From NCBI GenBank assembly GCA_016212855.1, contig JACRDP010000020.1, positions 3,920 to 67,919 on the forward strand: a DNA stretch of 64,000 nt, in the 5' to 3' direction. Each line of letters opens with the position of its first letter. Positions within the stretch are counted from its first letter, which is position 1. The DNA comes from Elusimicrobiota bacterium (GTDB lineage: Bacteria > Elusimicrobiota > Elusimicrobia > UBA1565 > UBA9628). The translations under genes were made by a program, and so were the position numbers. Below are positions 60,661-64,000 of the stretch, piece by piece. A model generated the notes under the pieces. That model was not told where the DNA came from. It saw only the letters and a program-made list of their open reading frames with translations, and searched no databases.

Positions 60661-63600
60661 ATGATCCACCTTGTCATTCTGCTTCCGATGGCTTTGTCCG
60701 CGGCGGCCGGCGATCCTCGGCCGAAGACCGCTGACGCCGAAACCAAGCGCGTCGAGCTTCACGAGATGATCGTATCCGGGAAAATTGAAGAGGCTGAGCG
60801 CGAGCTGGAGCGACTGTTGTCTGCATCGGGCGATGAGCCGTCTGCGGCGGCGCGTTGGCATTTAGAATTGGGGATGGTCCGCTTCAAGCGGCGGGAGGGA
60901 CCTCGGGCGCTGGGCCATCTGGAGGCCGCCGTCGACGAGGCGCGGCGTGCCCATGACCCGCGACTCGAGGCGTTCGCCCGTCGCTTCTCCGGCGATATCT
61001 TCGCCGCCGGGCGTGACATGCCGCGCGCGAAGGCCGCGTATGAAGAAGCCTTGCGATTGGCGCGCGCGACGGGGGATAAGGAGCAATGCGTCGAGTTGGA
61101 GCAGCATATCGCCGCCGTTCGCGGCAACTCGCTCGATGCACCCGATGCCGTACGCCTCCTTGAGGATGCGGTCACCGTCGGACGCAAGTTCGGTATGAAG
61201 GATGCTTTGGCGTTGGCTCTGATGGGCCGTGCAACCGTGCGCGAGAAACTTAAAAACTTCCGCGGTGCGCTTGCCGACATTAACAGGGCCGAGGAGATCA
61301 ACCGCGGAATCGGCAAAGATCAAACCGCCTTCGCGGCGATGATAGGCGCCGCCGCAATCCGCGTGAAGATGGAGGATTACCCGGGGGCGATCGCGGACAT
61401 CGAGCGCGCGGTCGCTTTCGCGCGGGAGCGCAAGCAGGCGTCCTTGGAGGTGGACGGCCTGACCAATCTGGCGTCTCTGCGCCAAAGCCTGGGCGAACTC
61501 GCGGCGGCGTTGGAGCCGGCGCTGCAGGCGCGGTCGATCGCCAAAGCGCGGGGGAACGCCCATGACCGCGCTGACGCGGCCCGAATGCTCGGAATCGTCT
61601 ACGACCAGATCGGCGATTACTCTTCGGCGCTCGAGATGCTCGAGGAAGCTCTCGCGCTGCGGCGTAAGTTGCCTGAAACGCCGGCCCACGAGCTGAACAG
61701 TATCGGAATTATTCATACCAACCGCGGGGAGGGCGCTGAGGCGGTCCAGGCACTGCTCGAAGCGAACGCCCTCAAACCGTGGCGGGGGGGTACGATCAAC
61801 CTCGGGGACGCCTACATGGTCGCGGGACGCTACAAGGATGCGCACTTAGCCTATCAGCAGGTCAATCACCGGCTCGGCCTCGGCCGCTGGCAGCTTCTTC
61901 ACGGCAGCGTCGACAAGGCCCGCGAAATATTTCTGGAGTCGCTTCCGCAGCATCAACAGCGCCGTTTGTGGGATTCATTGACCGCCAACTACACCGCTCT
62001 CGGCCTCATTTATGAGAAAACGGGCCATCCGCAGATCGCTGTAGGCTACTACCGGCGCGCGACCGAGGTCCTCGAGCGCATGCGCGATGCGCTGGCGCCG
62101 GACGCGCGGCTTCACTTCATGGGAGGCAACGACTGGCTATTCGCGCGCCTGGAGCCGTATGAAGGCCTCGTCCGCGTGACGAAGGACCTGGCCGAGGGTC
62201 CGGCCGGCGCTTTCCAGCGCGCCGAATTCACGCGCAGCCGGGCATTCGCCGAAGCGGCGGCCGCGCGCGTGGGAAGACCGGAGACGCGCATTCCCCGGCC
62301 TCTGGCTGAGCGCGAGCGCGGCTTGGCGACGGAGATAGCGCGGGTGAGCAAGAAGCTCGACCTGACCACCGATCTGGACGACGTCCGTGAGCGTCCGCAA
62401 CTCGATGCGCGTCTGCGCGACTTGAAAAAGGAGCGAGACAATTTTGTCGCGGAGCTCCGCCGCGATCATCCGGCCTATGCGGCCGTCGCTTATCCTCAAC
62501 CCGTCCGGGTCGATCAGGCGGCGCTCGAACCTGACGAAGCGCTCATCGAGTTCGAGGTGACCGAGCCCTACACCCGGGCGTTCGTCGTGCGCGGCGGGAG
62601 CGTGACCTTGACCTACGATATCGGATTGACGCGCGGCGCGCTTGCCGAGAAGGTGCTCCGCTACCGGCGGGCTTTCGAGGGCGTCAACGACGCGTCGGCT
62701 TTGACGGCCTTCGACCCGGCGCTCGGGCGCGAGCTTTACCGGCTCCTATTGGCGCCGGCGCTCGAGGCCCGCGGCTCTTCCGGCGCGCCCCTGGTCGACA
62801 AAGACGCGCGAATTCTCGTCGCCCCGGACGAAATTCTCGGCATCCTGCCGTTTGAGAGTCTTGTCGTGTCCTTGCCGGAGCGCCTGCTCATGCCCTCCGG
62901 CCGCCATGGCCCCGCGCCGGCCGGAGTCCGCTACGTCGCCGACGACTGGGACGTCGCCTACGTCCATTCCGCGACGGCTTTGACCGTCCTTCGAAGCCTG
63001 AGGACCCGTCCGCCGCGCGGCGACGAGCTCCTGGTTTTGGCCGATCCTATATTCGACGCGAGCGATCCGCGCTCGCGCGGCGAAGTCCTCGCCCAATCGG
63101 CATCTTCTCCGGCCGGCTCGTTGGCGCATCGGGAATTCGTGCGCGAGATGGGCTTGGGCGGCGCGCGCGGGGGCCTCGCGGACGGCAAGGCGCGCGGAGA
63201 TGAGTCTGCCGCTCTATTTCCGCGCCTCGACCGCACCAGCGAGCTTGCCCGAGCGCTGGTCGCGGAGTTCGGTAATAAGACGGACGGTCTGGTCGGGTTC
63301 GATGCCAAGGAGCGTTCGCTCAGGCAACGGGACATAGGACGCTACCGCTACCTCGTCTTCGCGACTCACGGCCTGCTCTCCAATGCGATTCCCGGCGTGC
63401 GCGAGCCGGCCCTCGTGCTGACCCAGCTCGGCAACGCCCCGGATGAGGACGGTTTCCTCACCATGAGCGAAGTGCTCGCCCTGCATCTCGACGCCGACGT
63501 GGCCGCGCTGACCGCCTGCCAGACGGGCCTGGGGCGGATGGCGACGGGCGAGGGCGTGATGGGCTTGGGCCGCGCTTTTCAGGAAGCCGGCGCGAGGCAC

Positions 63601-63783
63601 GTGCTGATGTCGCTCTGGAGCGTATCCGAAGATTCGACCACCGACCTCGCGACTCGGTTTTTCAAGAAACTGAAAAGCGGTCTTACTCCGCGGCGGGCGC
63701 TGCGCGAGGCCCGCGCGGAACTTCGCCGCGAGGGTTGGGAGCACCCCTATTTCTGGGCGCCGTTTATCCTGGTGACTTCTTAG
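60661..63783 (+). CDS. TPR + CHAT domain (caspase-like) protease with putative signal peptide
   Basis: TPR array; FATHGL and LTACQTG His/Cys dyad; SLWSV, HPYFWAPF. Confidence 0.92.
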   Translation: MIHLVILLPMALSAAAGDPRPKTADAETKRVELHEMIVSGKIEEAERELERLLSASGDEPSAAARWHLELGMVRFKRREGPRALGHLEAAVDEARRAHDPRLEAFARRFSGDIFAAGRDMPRAKAAYEEALRLARATGDKEQCVELEQHIAAVRGNSLDAPDAVRLLEDAVTVGRKFGMKDALALALMGRATVREKLKNFRGALADINRAEEINRGIGKDQTAFAAMIGAAAIRVKMEDYPGAIADIERAVAFARERKQASLEVDGLTNLASLRQSLGELAAALEPALQARSIAKARGNAHDRADAARMLGIVYDQIGDYSSALEMLEEALALRRKLPETPAHELNSIGIIHTNRGEGAEAVQALLEANALKPWRGGTINLGDAYMVAGRYKDAHLAYQQVNHRLGLGRWQLLHGSVDKAREIFLESLPQHQQRRLWDSLTANYTALGLIYEKTGHPQIAVGYYRRATEVLERMRDALAPDARLHFMGGNDWLFARLEPYEGLVRVTKDLAEGPAGAFQRAEFTRSRAFAEAAAARVGRPETRIPRPLAERERGLATEIARVSKKLDLTTDLDDVRERPQLDARLRDLKKERDNFVAELRRDHPAYAAVAYPQPVRVDQAALEPDEALIEFEVTEPYTRAFVVRGGSVTLTYDIGLTRGALAEKVLRYRRAFEGVNDASALTAFDPALGRELYRLLLAPALEARGSSGAPLVDKDARILVAPDEILGILPFESLVVSLPERLLMPSGRHGPAPAGVRYVADDWDVAYVHSATALTVLRSLRTRPPRGDELLVLADPIFDASDPRSRGEVLAQSASSPAGSLAHREFVREMGLGGARGGLADGKARGDESAALFPRLDRTSELARALVAEFGNKTDGLVGFDAKERSLRQRDIGRYRYLVFATHGLLSNAIPGVREPALVLTQLGNAPDEDGFLTMSEVLALHLDADVAALTACQTGLGRMATGEGVMGLGRAFQEAGARHVLMSLWSVSEDSTTDLATRFFKKLKSGLTPRRALREARAELRREGWEHPYFWAPFILVTS

Positions 63784-63792
63784 GAGACCGAT

Positions 63793-64000
63793 ATGCGCTT
63801 CTCTCTCGTCGGGGTTTTCCTGGTTTTTTGGCTTATGTTTCCAATACCGGCCGCAGCACGGACCTTCAAGACCACTTGGGAACAGAAGGCGCTCAATGCG
63901 GCCGCCAGACAGATGGCGGCAGGCGATACCCTCGAGGTCCTCGATCAGGCGGGGCGGGTGACGTTCACTTGGACGGCGACGCCGGCCTTCTTAGCCGCTC
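63793..64000 (+). CDS. Secreted protein, N-terminal fragment (truncated by window edge)
   Basis: AGGAG RBS; MRFSLVGVFLVFWLMFPIPAAA signal peptide; open to window end. Confidence 0.65.
   Translation, partial: MRFSLVGVFLVFWLMFPIPAAARTFKTTWEQKALNAAARQMAAGDTLEVLDQAGRVTFTWTATPAFLAA

Overview
GC-rich chromosomal window from a diderm bacterium (gmhA/rfaE LPS-heptose genes, lipoprotein alpha-2-macroglobulin + PBP1C). Gene content and style tentatively suggest Elusimicrobiota, which is an unverified impression. It is mostly core genes: hemB-hemL, argS, nadD-yqeK, rsfS, dusB, glgP, pcrA, gatC/A/B, accC, cdd, mtnP, glyA, tsaC, rsmI and nagZ. These are interleaved with secreted or accessory genes at 1-3.4 kb, 31-36.7 kb and 59-64 kb. 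I saw no tRNA, rRNA, CRISPR array, integrase or transposase. Main observations: (1) a BCCP-like protein two genes from accC that lacks the biotinylated MKM lysine, resembling plant BADC regulators; (2) about ten transcription units with a -10 box 6-8 nt before the start codon (apparent leaderless mRNAs), including divergent promoters sharing a -10 or -35 element; (3) a candidate leader peptide plus start-codon-sequestering hairpin before an HD-GYP gene; (4) a riboswitch-like leader ending in a terminator; (5) two PilT paralogues flanking a cNMP-binding protein inside the nadD-yqeK-LytR-rsfS cluster; (6) a protease/anti-protease theme: a subtilase missing its catalytic Asp, stand-alone I9-propeptide-like proteins, transglutaminase-like triads and a secreted CHAT protease; (7) a second PBP1C with its transpeptidase domain deleted in frame; (8) long intergenic palindromes, one capped by two perfect DnaA boxes; (9) sharp AT-rich codon patches inside core genes. 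All product calls come from motif recognition by eye, not database searches.
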